A stretch of DNA of 48,308 nt from Colwellia polaris (GTDB lineage: Archaea > Nanohalarchaeota > Nanosalinia > Nanosalinales > Nanosalinaceae), in contig JBLGBK010000005.1 of NCBI GenBank assembly GCA_047617785.1, forward strand, positions 1 to 48,308, given 5' to 3'. Below the pieces are notes generated by a model, which did not search any database, was not told the origin of the DNA, and worked only from the letters and a program-made list of their open reading frames with translations. Position numbers and translations under genes: made by a program. Positions 1-10,625 of this stretch are shown one piece after another (the first letter of the stretch is position 1; each line of letters begins with the position of its first letter).

Positions 1-1
1 C

Positions 2-1186
2 CACCCAGTTCTTTATGTATGCGGGATCATCTGTAAACATTGTGCCATAAGTGGAGCAGTCACCAGTAAAGGTTTCGTACTGCGCTACTATTGCATCACT
101 TACAGCTACTCCTCCGGTTGGGTTGTATTCGCTGTAGAGATCTTTTTTGACTACTCCTAGTTCACATGAAAATGATACCCATTCGTTTGTACCTGTGTCA
201 CATACTTGCGCTTGTCCTAATGTATCGTCTATTCTACTGTACCTGAATGCAGATTCTGGATGGCACATGTACCACTCGCCGTTTCCATCTGCATCTGCGT
301 CTCCACATATAAGGTCTCCGCGCATTTCAAATATCTCGCTGCCACCTGATACTTTCAGAATCTCACTTGAGTCACCGTTTTCAGTAGTTGATACTACGTT
401 AGTATTACTATAGCCAGATCCGGAAATGTCATCGTAAACGTCTTCTGGAGTACCCTCTCCTAATGGATTATTACCGTCTTCGAAGTACGAGTAAGCTATG
501 TCCGCAGAGTCTTTTCCAGGCCAGCTACCCTCCTGTTGTATAACAACACCTTGATCTACGTGAGCATATCCTGTTTCAGATGAGGACTCATCGTGATCAA
601 ATATTCCAACGGTACATTTTTCTGCGTATTTAGAGGCTCTGTATACTGCAAAATCCCCTGCATCATCATACATATTGACTGTAAGCGCTCCACTATTGCT
701 GTAATCATGTAAATTAAAAGATCCTCTAGAGGCTGCATCAATACCTTCAGTTTCAAGAATATGATTAAAATGTCCTATATGAGGGTAATCTGTTTCTGCA
801 TCACTTACGAAGATCAATGCATCACCATACATTTTGATGTCGTTCGAGCTGACATCCAAAGATCCTGTAGCACCACTTACATCCATTGTATGTGTTCCTG
901 TATCGCATGCTGCATCTGAAGGCACATGGAATTCAAAGGTGACTGGATAGCTCCTGTGAGCAAATCTTGGGTCTGTATGTGTATCCGCAACTTGGCCACA
1001 TACTTCTAGCTTTAATTCATGACGATTGACATTTGATCCTGGACAATTCTCATCACTCCCCTGACAGTCAACCTCGACCGAGGCATAATTTGAGTATTGT
1101 ACTGATGTATCTTCTACTTGAAGTTGAGCGCTTGCTGATATGGTTAGTGATAATAGAAAAAGTGTCAGAAGGATTAATTTCCTCAT
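2..1186 (-). CDS. Secreted/surface protein, Cys-containing and acidic; N-terminal part only (runs off the window edge)
   Basis: Hand translation from ATG at 1186: MRKLILLTLFLLSLTISASAQLQVEDT... (Sec-type signal peptide). Frame stays open to the window start. Absent from the ORF track because no stop lies in the window. Confidence 0.85.
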   Translation of the reverse strand, partial: MRKLILLTLFLLSLTISASAQLQVEDTSVQYSNYASVEVDCQGSDENCPGSNVNRHELKLEVCGQVADTHTDPRFAHRSYPVTFEFHVPSDAACDTGTHTMDVSGATGSLDVSSNDIKMYGDALIFVSDAETDYPHIGHFNHILETEGIDAASRGSFNLHDYSNSGALTVNMYDDAGDFAVYRASKYAEKCTVGIFDHDESSSETGYAHVDQGVVIQQEGSWPGKDSADIAYSYFEDGNNPLGEGTPEDVYDDISGSGYSNTNVVSTTENGDSSEILKVSGGSEIFEMRGDLICGDADADGNGEWYMCHPESAFRYSRIDDTLGQAQVCDTGTNEWVSFSCELGVVKKDLYSEYNPTGGVAVSDAIVAQYETFTGDCSTYGTMFTDDPAYIKNWV

Positions 1187-1219
1187 AGAAAATATAGTAT
1201 GAAGAGGGGAATAAAAACT

Positions 1220-2482
1220 TTACCGGGCCAGAGCCCATAGGACCTGATCTTTCAAGTTGCTGATTCTGTCAGCTTGCTGGTCACTGCCCGGCATGATTCC
1301 CATGATACCCATGTAACTAACTTCCTCTTCATCTTGTTCTTCGTATTCTTTCCAGTACTTGTGAAGACTGTTGTGTACGGTGCTTGTTTCTTTCCTTGTG
1401 TTCGGTATTCCTACCGTGTTTCCGACTCCGACTATTGCTACAGGTCCGTCGAATTCTGAAGCAAGTTCTTTGGCTTTCATCTCTGCTTCTTCGTGTGATT
1501 CGTAGATTTCTTTCTTCATTGCTTTACTTGCTTCTGGTGCGGACTGCTTGATTACTACTCCTTCTAGCGGCACATCGTGTTCTGTTGCTACTTCTTCGAT
1601 CTTGGTTTTTTCAACTCCAGGACCGCCCATCATGACGCCGACTCCTTCTGCTACTTCTCCTGTTGTTTCTCCTTCAAACTTGGATGCTGCGTCTACTGTT
1701 ACGATTGCTTCTAGTTCGTTTTCTTCTGTAAGTGTGTTGATTGCGTCACCGTACTTTCCTAGTCGTGCGCCAGGTCCTTTGCTTTTCAGTACGTGGACTT
1801 CTTGTCCTTCAATTTCTTCTTCGCTGTGTATGATGTCTTCGCTGATTTCTTCTGGTTCTCCTTCGATGAGTCGTGCTGCTACCATCGGTCCGATACTGTC
1901 TCCTATTGGTGCTTCATCTGCGAAGGCTCTTGATGCTTCTTTCTGGCTTTCTGCCAGTTCTTTGTAGATTGGGAGAGTCATCTGGACCATGCTGATGATC
2001 TGGATGTTGCCTGTCTTGTTGACTAGTTCTTTGAAGTGTCTTACAACTTTGTAGATTTGGTTGGTGCCCATGACTCCTTTGAATGTCATGTTCAGGTTGG
2101 CTAGTTCATCTTCGTCTTCTGTATCTGCGTATTTCTTGACGAAACGGTTGAATTTATCTTCTGATGTGTCAAGTACATGTTCAAGTCGTTCTACTGCTCC
2201 TGCTGGGTCGATGTTGCTTGGAGCTGATACCTTGAAGTCTTTCATGCTGTTGAACTTATGTTTCAATGCATCTGTCTTGTTATCTGTTAGTTTGTTGAGG
2301 AATAGTTCTTCTGTGGTTTCTCTATAATTCTCTATATCTATCATTGTGTCTCTCAACTTACGATTTGCCTGCCATATCATTATACGTGGGAAGAACAGGA
2401 ACATTCCGATGAATAGCAGGAACGAGAGTACTTGTAGTATTACATAGATGTTTCCGAACTCTGGTATCAGTTGGTCTAACAT
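1220..2482 (-). CDS. DUF1512 family protein
   Basis: N-terminal TM segment; motifs IGDSIGPMVA, GPGARLGK, VDAASKFEGE, AEGVGVMMGGPG, VGVGNTVG. Confidence 0.8.
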   Translation of the reverse strand: MLDQLIPEFGNIYVILQVLSFLLFIGMFLFFPRIMIWQANRKLRDTMIDIENYRETTEELFLNKLTDNKTDALKHKFNSMKDFKVSAPSNIDPAGAVERLEHVLDTSEDKFNRFVKKYADTEDEDELANLNMTFKGVMGTNQIYKVVRHFKELVNKTGNIQIISMVQMTLPIYKELAESQKEASRAFADEAPIGDSIGPMVAARLIEGEPEEISEDIIHSEEEIEGQEVHVLKSKGPGARLGKYGDAINTLTEENELEAIVTVDAASKFEGETTGEVAEGVGVMMGGPGVEKTKIEEVATEHDVPLEGVVIKQSAPEASKAMKKEIYESHEEAEMKAKELASEFDGPVAIVGVGNTVGIPNTRKETSTVHNSLHKYWKEYEEQDEEEVSYMGIMGIMPGSDQQADRISNLKDQVLWALAR

Positions 2483-2514
2483 AGAAAGTCTAAAGTCTCT
2501 CCAGTTTTTTAACC

Positions 2515-3162
2515 CTAATTGATTACAAACGAACCGGATTGCAGGCGATCTACCTTGCCGTTCATCTCAATATTCTGGTTCTCTAGATCAATAATCAGGT
2601 TTCCAGTGAAAGAGTTAAATTGTACTGTCTCCGCCGTATCTGAACTTTGGCCTTTTGGATTTTCAAGGTGGCCATCTGTATGGTTGAAAGTATGCTGGAA
2701 TTTGACAGTCTGTAGGTCAATGCTGTTGGTTGTATGTGATTCGTTAATCGAGAATGAGTCTCCACTAGTCACACCTGATGTTGTGTAGCCTTCTGCATCA
2801 CCGATAAGCCTCACCTCATTTCCGTTCTGAAGATGAATTGTACCTGTAAAGTGCTGTATACTGATTACGCTATCAGAGTTAATTCCTTCGGATTCTATCT
2901 CGGTTAAGCCTTCAGAGGTAATATTCGTGTTGTACAGTTCAAGAGTTTCCTTTTTCAGGTCCGCATTGAATTCTGCTTCTACAGTGTTGTTTGGTTCGGG
3001 ACGGTTTTCGAAAGAGGTGGCTTCTCCAGAGGGAAGAATATTTCCTAGGTCAAAGCTTGCATTACCGAGATCATTCGGAGTGCTTAACTGTTGTCCCGAA
3101 GTTAGAACTGCGATAACCGCAAGCGATACAAATACTGCTGTAACTGTTTTTCCATCGAACAC
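2515..3162 (-). CDS. Hypothetical exported or membrane-anchored protein
   Basis: GTG start, hydrophobic N-terminus, S/T/N/G-rich beta-type body. Confidence 0.7.
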   Translation of the reverse strand: MFDGKTVTAVFVSLAVIAVLTSGQQLSTPNDLGNASFDLGNILPSGEATSFENRPEPNNTVEAEFNADLKKETLELYNTNITSEGLTEIESEGINSDSVISIQHFTGTIHLQNGNEVRLIGDAEGYTTSGVTSGDSFSINESHTTNSIDLQTVKFQHTFNHTDGHLENPKGQSSDTAETVQFNSFTGNLIIDLENQNIEMNGKVDRLQSGSFVIN

Positions 3163-3206
3163 TGTAAAACAGTTTATATCTTAACATGGTTTTATAGGTT
3201 GGTTAT

Positions 3207-3782
3207 ATGACTAAAGCGGTTGTACTTATAGAACCTCAAATACCTGAAAATACAGGTTTTATAGCACGTTTATGCAGCAATTACGAATATGAGTTGCGGC
3301 TGGTCAATCCAGAATTCAATCTTTCAGAGTGCCGTGATACCGCAGTGAACGCACAGAAAGTTCTAGAGGATGCAACAATATTTGAAAGTCTTGATAAGGG
3401 TATTGAGGATCTAGATTTTGTCGTAGGTACAAAACCAGGTAGAGGTACCTCGGTCGACGAGTTTCAGCCAAGAGAGAATACGTCAATAGTTTTCGGCAGA
3501 GAGGATTCAGGTCTTTCGAATGAAGAGCTTGAGAAGTGTGATGCAGTAATTCATCTAAATGTACCTGGTTATAGTTCTCTGAATCTAAGTCATGCTGCAG
3601 GTATTATGATGTACAGCTTTACATTCAGAGAGGAGGGAAAAAACCTTGATTCTGGTCAGATAGGTTTTCTGAAGAAACTTGTTGGAGATAATCTGATATC
3701 TGATCTGATTCTTAGAGGTTCTCCTACGAAAGAAGAGTTTGAAAGAGTTGTAGGCGAGATAAAGAAATTAAAGAACAGTTAG
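3207..3782 (+). CDS. trmJ: SPOUT RNA 2'-O-methyltransferase, TrmJ/TrmH family
   Basis: EPQIPENTGFIAR, VFGREDSGLSNEEL, SLNLSHA motifs. Confidence 0.85.
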   Translation: MTKAVVLIEPQIPENTGFIARLCSNYEYELRLVNPEFNLSECRDTAVNAQKVLEDATIFESLDKGIEDLDFVVGTKPGRGTSVDEFQPRENTSIVFGREDSGLSNEELEKCDAVIHLNVPGYSSLNLSHAAGIMMYSFTFREEGKNLDSGQIGFLKKLVGDNLISDLILRGSPTKEEFERVVGEIKKLKNS

Positions 3783-4264
3783 TCATCTTCGTCTTCCTGA
3801 TTTACCTTATCGATCACTACCTCTTTCGTTCCTTTATTCTCATTATCCGATTTATTGCCTGAGGAACTTTCTTGCTGGTCTTCACTGTTTTTCTGCTTGC
3901 TTTTCTCTAACTCCTTCTTTAAGGCGTTGTACAATTTTTTTGCTGGGTACAGCACGATTTCGATTACGGCCACCGGTATCTTAACTAAGTGCTTGGATAC
4001 CGTATATGCTGATTCGAGCAGTGTGAATACTATGTAGAGCACCGAACCTAGAAGTGCAAAGAAAAGTATATCCATAAGACTTGGTAATCCTCCTAGGAAT
4101 AGGTAGGAGAATGCTGCGTAGAATCCTCCAGACATAATTGAAATAGTTATTGTCTGGAAGACCATTTCCATGAGTTTGTAGGCGATGTAGAATACCGCTA
4201 CCAGTCCGACTAGTAGTGCCAGTGTCGTTATTTCTTGTGGTAGCGGTAGTGTCTCGTGAATCAT
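3779..4264 (-). CDS. Hypothetical membrane protein (about 3 TM)
   Basis: Hydrophobic segments, charged tail; ATGA overlap with the upstream gene. Confidence 0.75.
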   Translation of the reverse strand: MIHETLPLPQEITTLALLVGLVAVFYIAYKLMEMVFQTITISIMSGGFYAAFSYLFLGGLPSLMDILFFALLGSVLYIVFTLLESAYTVSKHLVKIPVAVIEIVLYPAKKLYNALKKELEKSKQKNSEDQQESSSGNKSDNENKGTKEVVIDKVNQEDEDD

Positions 4265-6996
4265 TGTCCTAGTACATCGTAGAGTGGGTCTCCTTCTTCA
4301 GGGATGTAGCTTTCAAAGAATACAAAGCCTCCTCCGATCAGCAGGACAACTGCTACTATAATCGGTATAATTGGCAATCCTCCTTCATCCCTAGGCTGTT
4401 CCGAACCAGGTTCTTCTGAACCAGGATCTGTGCCTCCGTTTTGTTCATCTTGTTGCTGTGATTCAACTGTGCTTTGCGCTGAGGAATAAATTTCATCAGC
4501 TTCTTCATAGCTGTCAGCTGCCTCTTGGTAATCTCCATTCTGCCAGCTTACCTCTGCGCTGTCCAGTTGTCTCTCTGCCTCGTCAAGAGTTGATAATGCT
4601 TCTTGTGAAGAGGTTTCATCCCTCAGAGATCTGATATCTTCGAAAAGATTATCTATGCGGGTGCTGTAGTCCGAGTAAATATCTGCTGATACGCTTATTG
4701 TCTCTGTTGATTCTTCCAGTGCCTCTAAAGATACAGTTAAGGATCCTGATTCAGTATCTACGTTGTTGAATGAAATTGATACTGTATTTGAATTTCCAGG
4801 AGTGATTGTCATTCCTTCTGTATCTGATTCTACGTCATAATCTGTTGAGGAAATTGAGATGTTGGTTAGCTCGGTCTCACCTACGTTTTCGATACTTATC
4901 TCTTCTTCTGTGGAATCGCCTTCCACCATTGCTCCTAGGTCTACTTCAGAAGTTATGTCGGCATCAGGTGAGCCTGAAGGAACTTCGGAGTTAAGTATAA
5001 TATCGTATTCAAGTGTTCCGTCATCGGAGTCCATAGTTAGTGTTCCTGTAAATTGGCCTTGTTCTTCCGGTGTAAAGTTGAGTGCTACATTCTGTGTGTC
5101 TTGGAAGATTAATTCTTCTGGAGCACCCATGTAGTCAGATATGTTTCCTGAAACAGAGGTGGATATGTCGATGGTTGAACCTTGTGGTCCAATATTTCTA
5201 ATTTCGATTTGGGTTTCTTCCGTGGTTCTCTCATCCATCGTATATTCTATTTCTCTATCTGTAATGGAGCAAAGATCTCCGTCCTGAAATGCACAATCTG
5301 GAGACTGCGTTTCTACGTCTACAGTAGTGTTATAGTTGGAGTCTTCATCCGTAAATTCTATATTGCCAGTGTAAGACTGTAGATCCGAGATATTCCATTC
5401 GAGTGTTAGTTCTCTTTCCTCATTTGGATCCATCTGGAAATTATCCGGTATTTCCACTATATCCTCTAGTTCGCTAGAGACCTCTGTGGATACATTTAAT
5501 CCTGTACCGGATATATCAGTTATAGTGAGGGTTGATTCGTATTGTCCTACTCGATCAAATTGAGGTTCCAGCATTGAATCGCTTAGTTCGAAAGTCTGTG
5601 TGTTTTCTCTTACTGAAAAATCTCGTAAAACGGTGTGATTAGCTCTGTATATATCTTCAACGAAGATTTCTACTGTATAATCTCCAACAGGAGCATCACC
5701 GGGAATATTAATCGTTTCTGTGTACTGTTCATCAGTACCTAGAGAAACATTGCTTAGGTTGTAAGTGGCAAATTGTTCGCCGTTTGAATCTGTTATATTT
5801 GCCTCTAACCGATTTATCTCCTCTTCAGGTAACGTGTTAAGACTGAAGTACCTTTCCAAGGTTATAGGGATACTGAACTGATCATTCTGATAGGCATAAC
5901 CTCTTTCAAAGTCTATATTTGCCCTGAAAGATTCATATCCTATAGTGTAATTCTCTACATACTCTCTATCATCTGTAGATGCGTTATACATCAGCTTTAC
6001 GTGATCCTGGTTCTCGCTCTGGTTTATGTATGGGAATTCCAAACTTCCAGTGTAATAACCTGGTTCGGTCTCGCTGATTGAATTGTTTCTATCTAGAGAT
6101 ATTTCATCATAAACAAACTCGTCACCTTCAGTACTGTTCTTAAATAATGTGACATTCACACTTTGAGCAGGTACATTAGTAACATTGAATCCGGTCTCAA
6201 GTTCAGCACCACCCTCACATTGTTCAGGCATTTGAGCCGAGTCACATCCTCCATTAACCGCATCTATACGATCGATATGTCCTTCAACAGCAGGCTTGGT
6301 CTTTATTTCAAATGAATAACTAGTCTCGTAACTTCCTTTTTCCGCAGTTATTTGCCCGATAAATGTTTGGTTGGTGAAGTCAGGAGTGTCTAATGAGGTC
6401 CTGTAAAGGTTGTCTCCATCGTTATACCCAATATTCACTAGTTCAGTCGCGTAGGTTCCATTAACAAATCGTATTTCTACATCAGCGTCACTTATCTGAT
6501 CTCCAGATGTCGTGTTTAGAAGATCTACACGGAATGTCACCTCTTTATTGGCTTTAATAGGGCTCTCAAGATCGGTTACAGGCTCAATATTCATCTCTGA
6601 TATATCAATAGCACCCTGCTCCTCAACCCAGATCCGCTGTGAATCCTCAGAGGCATTCTTTAACGTATAATTTATGAGTTCAGAAGAATCTTCAGTTTCT
6701 ATTGAGGTATACCAGATACCTTCATTGAAGTGCTCCATACTTTCATTGAAAGTGCCACTCAAAGGATATTCGTAGAAAAACTCGCCATTATCTGTTTCAA
6801 GATTCTCGGCATCAACAGGATCTCCGTTATAGGTTAAATTGACAAATTGATAAGTCGTACTATTTGGCGACACTGAAGTATAGCTTTGAGGAGGAGTTAG
6901 AATCTCTACATTATAGTCTGTATGAGATGTTGCTTGCACTCCTGTTGAAAGTAGAAATATTGCAGCCAAGAATATAATCGCTCTTTTGGTATTCAT
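4261..6996 (-). CDS. Large acidic cell-surface protein with Ig-like beta domains and C-terminal TM anchor
   Basis: Signal peptide, many N-x-S/T sequons, repeated I-x-N-x-G motifs, helical stalk, low-complexity linker, C-terminal TM. Confidence 0.8.
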   Translation of the reverse strand: MNTKRAIIFLAAIFLLSTGVQATSHTDYNVEILTPPQSYTSVSPNSTTYQFVNLTYNGDPVDAENLETDNGEFFYEYPLSGTFNESMEHFNEGIWYTSIETEDSSELINYTLKNASEDSQRIWVEEQGAIDISEMNIEPVTDLESPIKANKEVTFRVDLLNTTSGDQISDADVEIRFVNGTYATELVNIGYNDGDNLYRTSLDTPDFTNQTFIGQITAEKGSYETSYSFEIKTKPAVEGHIDRIDAVNGGCDSAQMPEQCEGGAELETGFNVTNVPAQSVNVTLFKNSTEGDEFVYDEISLDRNNSISETEPGYYTGSLEFPYINQSENQDHVKLMYNASTDDREYVENYTIGYESFRANIDFERGYAYQNDQFSIPITLERYFSLNTLPEEEINRLEANITDSNGEQFATYNLSNVSLGTDEQYTETINIPGDAPVGDYTVEIFVEDIYRANHTVLRDFSVRENTQTFELSDSMLEPQFDRVGQYESTLTITDISGTGLNVSTEVSSELEDIVEIPDNFQMDPNEERELTLEWNISDLQSYTGNIEFTDEDSNYNTTVDVETQSPDCAFQDGDLCSITDREIEYTMDERTTEETQIEIRNIGPQGSTIDISTSVSGNISDYMGAPEELIFQDTQNVALNFTPEEQGQFTGTLTMDSDDGTLEYDIILNSEVPSGSPDADITSEVDLGAMVEGDSTEEEISIENVGETELTNISISSTDYDVESDTEGMTITPGNSNTVSISFNNVDTESGSLTVSLEALEESTETISVSADIYSDYSTRIDNLFEDIRSLRDETSSQEALSTLDEAERQLDSAEVSWQNGDYQEAADSYEEADEIYSSAQSTVESQQQDEQNGGTDPGSEEPGSEQPRDEGGLPIIPIIVAVVLLIGGGFVFFESYIPEEGDPLYDVLGQ

Positions 6997-7029
6997 TGAT
7001 GTATACTTACCTCTGGGGGTATAAAAATT

Positions 7030-7554
7030 CTATTTATAGCGAACAACATAAAGCTTTTCGAACCAGAGCTTCTCTTCTCTAATTTCCTCAAGTTCAAAAG
7101 TCCCTACAAGTTCATCAAGTTCTGGGGTTCTATCGCTTAGCACCATGAAAAGCTCGCCTTCATCGTTAAGATATTCGTCAACCTGCTCTAGAACCTTTCT
7201 AACGATATTATCATCACCAGCATACCATTTCTCTTCATCGCCTACACCCGGCTCATCGGACAGATATGGTGGATTGAAGAATAGGTAATCAAAGCTACCC
7301 TCTATGTTTTCAAACAAATCTGAGTTTTTCAAAACGTGTTTCTCAGGATTCTGAAGCTGTTCGCGTGTCTGATCCAATGCGTTTTCATTAATGTCAACAG
7401 CTGTTATTTCAGCACCCCCTGCTTCCATAGCTGAGGTTACAACCCCATTCCCACATCCGATTTCCAGTACTTTCTTGCCTTCAAGATCAAGTTCCTCAAC
7501 TACGTGTTTCAACAGGAATGTGTCTTCTCTAGGCGGGTAAACTGTTGATCTCAT
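7030..7554 (-). CDS. HemK2/PrmC-family SAM methyltransferase
   Basis: VYPPREDTFLL, LEIGCGNG, FNPPY motifs; position downstream of rsmA. Confidence 0.9.
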   Translation of the reverse strand: MRSTVYPPREDTFLLKHVVEELDLEGKKVLEIGCGNGVVTSAMEAGGAEITAVDINENALDQTREQLQNPEKHVLKNSDLFENIEGSFDYLFFNPPYLSDEPGVGDEEKWYAGDDNIVRKVLEQVDEYLNDEGELFMVLSDRTPELDELVGTFELEEIREEKLWFEKLYVVRYK

Positions 7555-7557
7555 CTT

Positions 7558-9117
7558 CTATATGCAATTCTGGATGAACGCAAGGTATAGCGGATTCGGG
7601 TTTTCTAGTGTAGAGTTGAATTCAGGATGTGCCTGTGTTCCTATATAGAAGTTGTTCTCTGGCAATTCGATGTATTCAGCTAGTCTGCCGTTGTGAGATT
7701 TTCCGCTGATTCTTAGTCCGTTAGATTCCAGCTGTTCGTGATACTCCGGATTTAATTCATAACGGTGTCTGTGTCTTTCATCAGATTCATTTGACCCGTA
7801 GATCTTTTTGACCTGTCCTTCTAGCTGGGCGGTATAGTTTCCAAGCCGCATTGTACCGCCTTTTTCCTCTATGTTTTTCTGGTCTGGTAATTCGGCTACG
7901 ACTTCGTGGTCTTCACCGTCTGCAAATTCCTGTGATGCTGCGTCAAGTCCGAGAACGTTTCGCGCGTATTCTACAACCATCAGCTGTAGTCCATAGCATA
8001 GACCCAGAAGCGGAACATCGTTTTCACGGCAGTATTGCGCAGTCTTAATCTTGCCTTCTACGCCGCGTGAGCCGAAGCCGCCTGGTATTATTACGCCGTC
8101 AAATCCCTCCAATGTTTTTGGTTCGAAGTCTTCTGTGTCGACGTATTCTATGTTTACTGACCCTCCTTCTTCTGCAGCTGCGTGCTTCAGTGCTTCTTCT
8201 ACTGATGCATAGCTATCATCCATTTCGGTGTATTTTCCGCAGATTGCAATGTCTGCTACAGAGCCAGATTTGACTGCTTCTACTTTCTTTTTCCAGTCAT
8301 CTAAGTTGTGCTGTCTTTCCGGAAGCCCAAGTTTTTCGGCTACTAGGCCGTCTACGTTCTGTTCGTCGAATATGAGAGGTAGGTCATAGATTGTTTCGAG
8401 GTTCGGGTCACTGATAACCTCTCTTTCTTCAACATCACAGAAGAGAGATATCTTTTCTCTTGCATCTTCGGCCAGTTCTTCTTCTGTTCTTGTTACTATT
8501 ATGTCGGGTTCAAGACCCATTTCCCGGAGTTCCTTAACTGAATGCTGCGTTGGCTTGGTTTTCTGTTCGCCGGTTGTTTCCAGGTAAGGAACAAGTGTAG
8601 TGTGTACTAGTATTCCATTTTCTTCGCTGAGTATTTGTCTTGCTGTTTCAAGGTATAATCTGTTCTCCATATCCCCGACCGTGCCGCCGATTTCTACGGC
8701 TATTACCTCTTCTCCATCAGCTGCGTTTTTGAGAGATTGTTTGATATGATCAGTGACGTGCGGAACCATCTGTACTGTTTTGCCGAGGAAGTCTCCTCTG
8801 CGTTCCTTGTCAATCACTTCCTTGAATATTTTTCCAGAAGTAAGGTTCTGTTTGCCGCTAGTTTCGATATCTAGAAATCTTTCATAATGTCCAAAGTCCA
8901 TGTCAACTTCTGTTCCATCTTCCAGTACGAATACCTCACCGTGTTCATGCGGATTCATCGTGCCTGGATCGACGTTTAGGTAGCCATCACATTTGATCGG
9001 TGCTACTTCCACGTTTCGTAGTTGTAGAAGTTTTGATATGCTTGCGGAGACTATTCCTTTACCTAATCCTGAGAGAACTCCGCCGGAAACGAATATCCAT
9101 TTTGTGTCGCTCGGCAT
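7558..9117 (-). CDS. pyrG: CTP synthase
   Basis: SGGVLSGLGKG, YLNVDPGTM, KTKPTQHSV, GLCYG, ERHRHRYE, HPE. Confidence 0.98.
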   Translation of the reverse strand: MPSDTKWIFVSGGVLSGLGKGIVSASISKLLQLRNVEVAPIKCDGYLNVDPGTMNPHEHGEVFVLEDGTEVDMDFGHYERFLDIETSGKQNLTSGKIFKEVIDKERRGDFLGKTVQMVPHVTDHIKQSLKNAADGEEVIAVEIGGTVGDMENRLYLETARQILSEENGILVHTTLVPYLETTGEQKTKPTQHSVKELREMGLEPDIIVTRTEEELAEDAREKISLFCDVEEREVISDPNLETIYDLPLIFDEQNVDGLVAEKLGLPERQHNLDDWKKKVEAVKSGSVADIAICGKYTEMDDSYASVEEALKHAAAEEGGSVNIEYVDTEDFEPKTLEGFDGVIIPGGFGSRGVEGKIKTAQYCRENDVPLLGLCYGLQLMVVEYARNVLGLDAASQEFADGEDHEVVAELPDQKNIEEKGGTMRLGNYTAQLEGQVKKIYGSNESDERHRHRYELNPEYHEQLESNGLRISGKSHNGRLAEYIELPENNFYIGTQAHPEFNSTLENPNPLYLAFIQNCI

Positions 9118-9197
9118 AACTAAAACGATCCAACTGATGTTAAATATCTAACCTTGTTAACATGTTTTGAACTAGGTAATAATATGTAGTAAAAGGT

Positions 9198-10025
9198 TTA
9201 CAGCTTGTTTTGAAGGGCTTCGCTGATTTCTTTTAGCTGCTTGATGTTGAGTCTTACTACCCGGGTTTCACTGTGAGGAAGTTCGTCCCGTACCTCTTTG
9301 AGATCATCTTTGTCTTCTTCTAGAATGTGTCGGCTGTCAACTACCGCGTTCCGTGCTTTCTTCATCTTGTTTGTAAATAGGGCGTTTACTACGGTGAAGA
9401 ACCATTCCTCATCCTCAACCGCATGACGGTCCTTGTTCGGATAAAGTTTGATTATTGCGGTATCGACTTCTGGTTCTGGATGATAGTTTCTCTTTGGAAC
9501 GGTCTGTAGTTTGACAGGTATAAAGTAGTACTGTGCTCTAACTGTTGCAGGTCCATATCCTGTTTCTCCTGGATCTGCTGTTATCTTGTCAGCTAGATCG
9601 TCTTGTACGATAAGTGCGGACTGAAGTTGATTCTTCCCAAGTTTTTCCAGCACATCACTGGTTATTTGAAAAGGCAGGTTTCCGACGGCACGCGTGTAGT
9701 CGGATATATCAGTTTCAAGTATGTCTTCGTTAACAATTGAAAGATCTCTATTCTTTATTTCGTCATTAAATTTTTCTTGAAGGTGTTCATAGAGTACTGT
9801 GTCTTTTTCTACTGCTGTTACTGTTCCTTTTTCACCTTTGCTTTCTAGGAGTTTTTCTGTGATGTTTCCAGTCCCTGCTCCGATTTCCAGCACGTTTTCG
9901 TTTTCTATTTCGCCTGCTTCAACTAGTGCTGTGGTTATAGCTTTGTTTATGAGAAAATTCTGTCCTTTAACCGGTTGGAGACCAATATCTGCTATTTCCT
10001 GCAGTGTTTCTTCTTTAAGCGTCAA
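9198..10025 (-). CDS. rsmA: 16S rRNA m6,2A dimethyltransferase RsmA/KsgA
   Basis: GQNFLI, LEIGAGTG, NLPFQIT, PEPEVDT; TTG start. Confidence 0.95.
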   Translation of the reverse strand: MTLKEETLQEIADIGLQPVKGQNFLINKAITTALVEAGEIENENVLEIGAGTGNITEKLLESKGEKGTVTAVEKDTVLYEHLQEKFNDEIKNRDLSIVNEDILETDISDYTRAVGNLPFQITSDVLEKLGKNQLQSALIVQDDLADKITADPGETGYGPATVRAQYYFIPVKLQTVPKRNYHPEPEVDTAIIKLYPNKDRHAVEDEEWFFTVVNALFTNKMKKARNAVVDSRHILEEDKDDLKEVRDELPHSETRVVRLNIKQLKEISEALQNKL

Positions 10026-10082
10026 TTTTGGATCAACTCTGTAGAAAGTATAGATAAGAGAATGAAAGAATATGAACGGTTT

Positions 10083-10625
10083 TTACCGTGTGAAGAGCTT
10101 CTTTTTGGTTTCTCCTTCAAGTTCTTGCCGGATTCTCTTGGTTATCGTCTTTTCGGGATCCGGAATTGAAGGTACGCGTTCTCTGATATCCTCGAAGCTT
10201 TCGAAATCTTCCTTTCTTCTTTCATCCAGAAGTTTCTGCATATGTTTGTTTCCTATGCCTGGTAGAAGCTCAAATGCGTGTCTGCGCGGTGTGACCGGTG
10301 TTGCTTCGTTGAAGAATTCGACGAATTCATCTTCTTTATCTTTGATTAGTGCTTTCAGGACATATTTCAGTTCTGCTTTGGAGTTGCCGGTCAGGTCGTC
10401 GTAGCTGATTCTGTCTTTGATGTATTTTACTTTTTCGCGGTCTCCTTCCCCGATATATAGTTCTTCTCCTCCTTTTGGATGCTCGTCGTCACGCATTACT
10501 ACCTCTAGAAGAGAGTAGTTTTCCGTTCCTATTCCCTGTACTGTGGGTTCTCCGCTTCCGCCTTGTCCTCCTCTTTCAAGGAAGTCAAGTACTTTGATGT
10601 ATTCGTCTTTTTCTTGTTCTGCCAT
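10083..10625 (-). CDS. DUF655 family putative RNA-binding protein
   Basis: VLDFL, LYIGEGDREKV, FFNEA, HhH-like ELLPGIG; conserved position between rpo4 and rsmA. Confidence 0.9.
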   Translation of the reverse strand: MAEQEKDEYIKVLDFLERGGQGGSGEPTVQGIGTENYSLLEVVMRDDEHPKGGEELYIGEGDREKVKYIKDRISYDDLTGNSKAELKYVLKALIKDKEDEFVEFFNEATPVTPRRHAFELLPGIGNKHMQKLLDERRKEDFESFEDIRERVPSIPDPEKTITKRIRQELEGETKKKLFTR

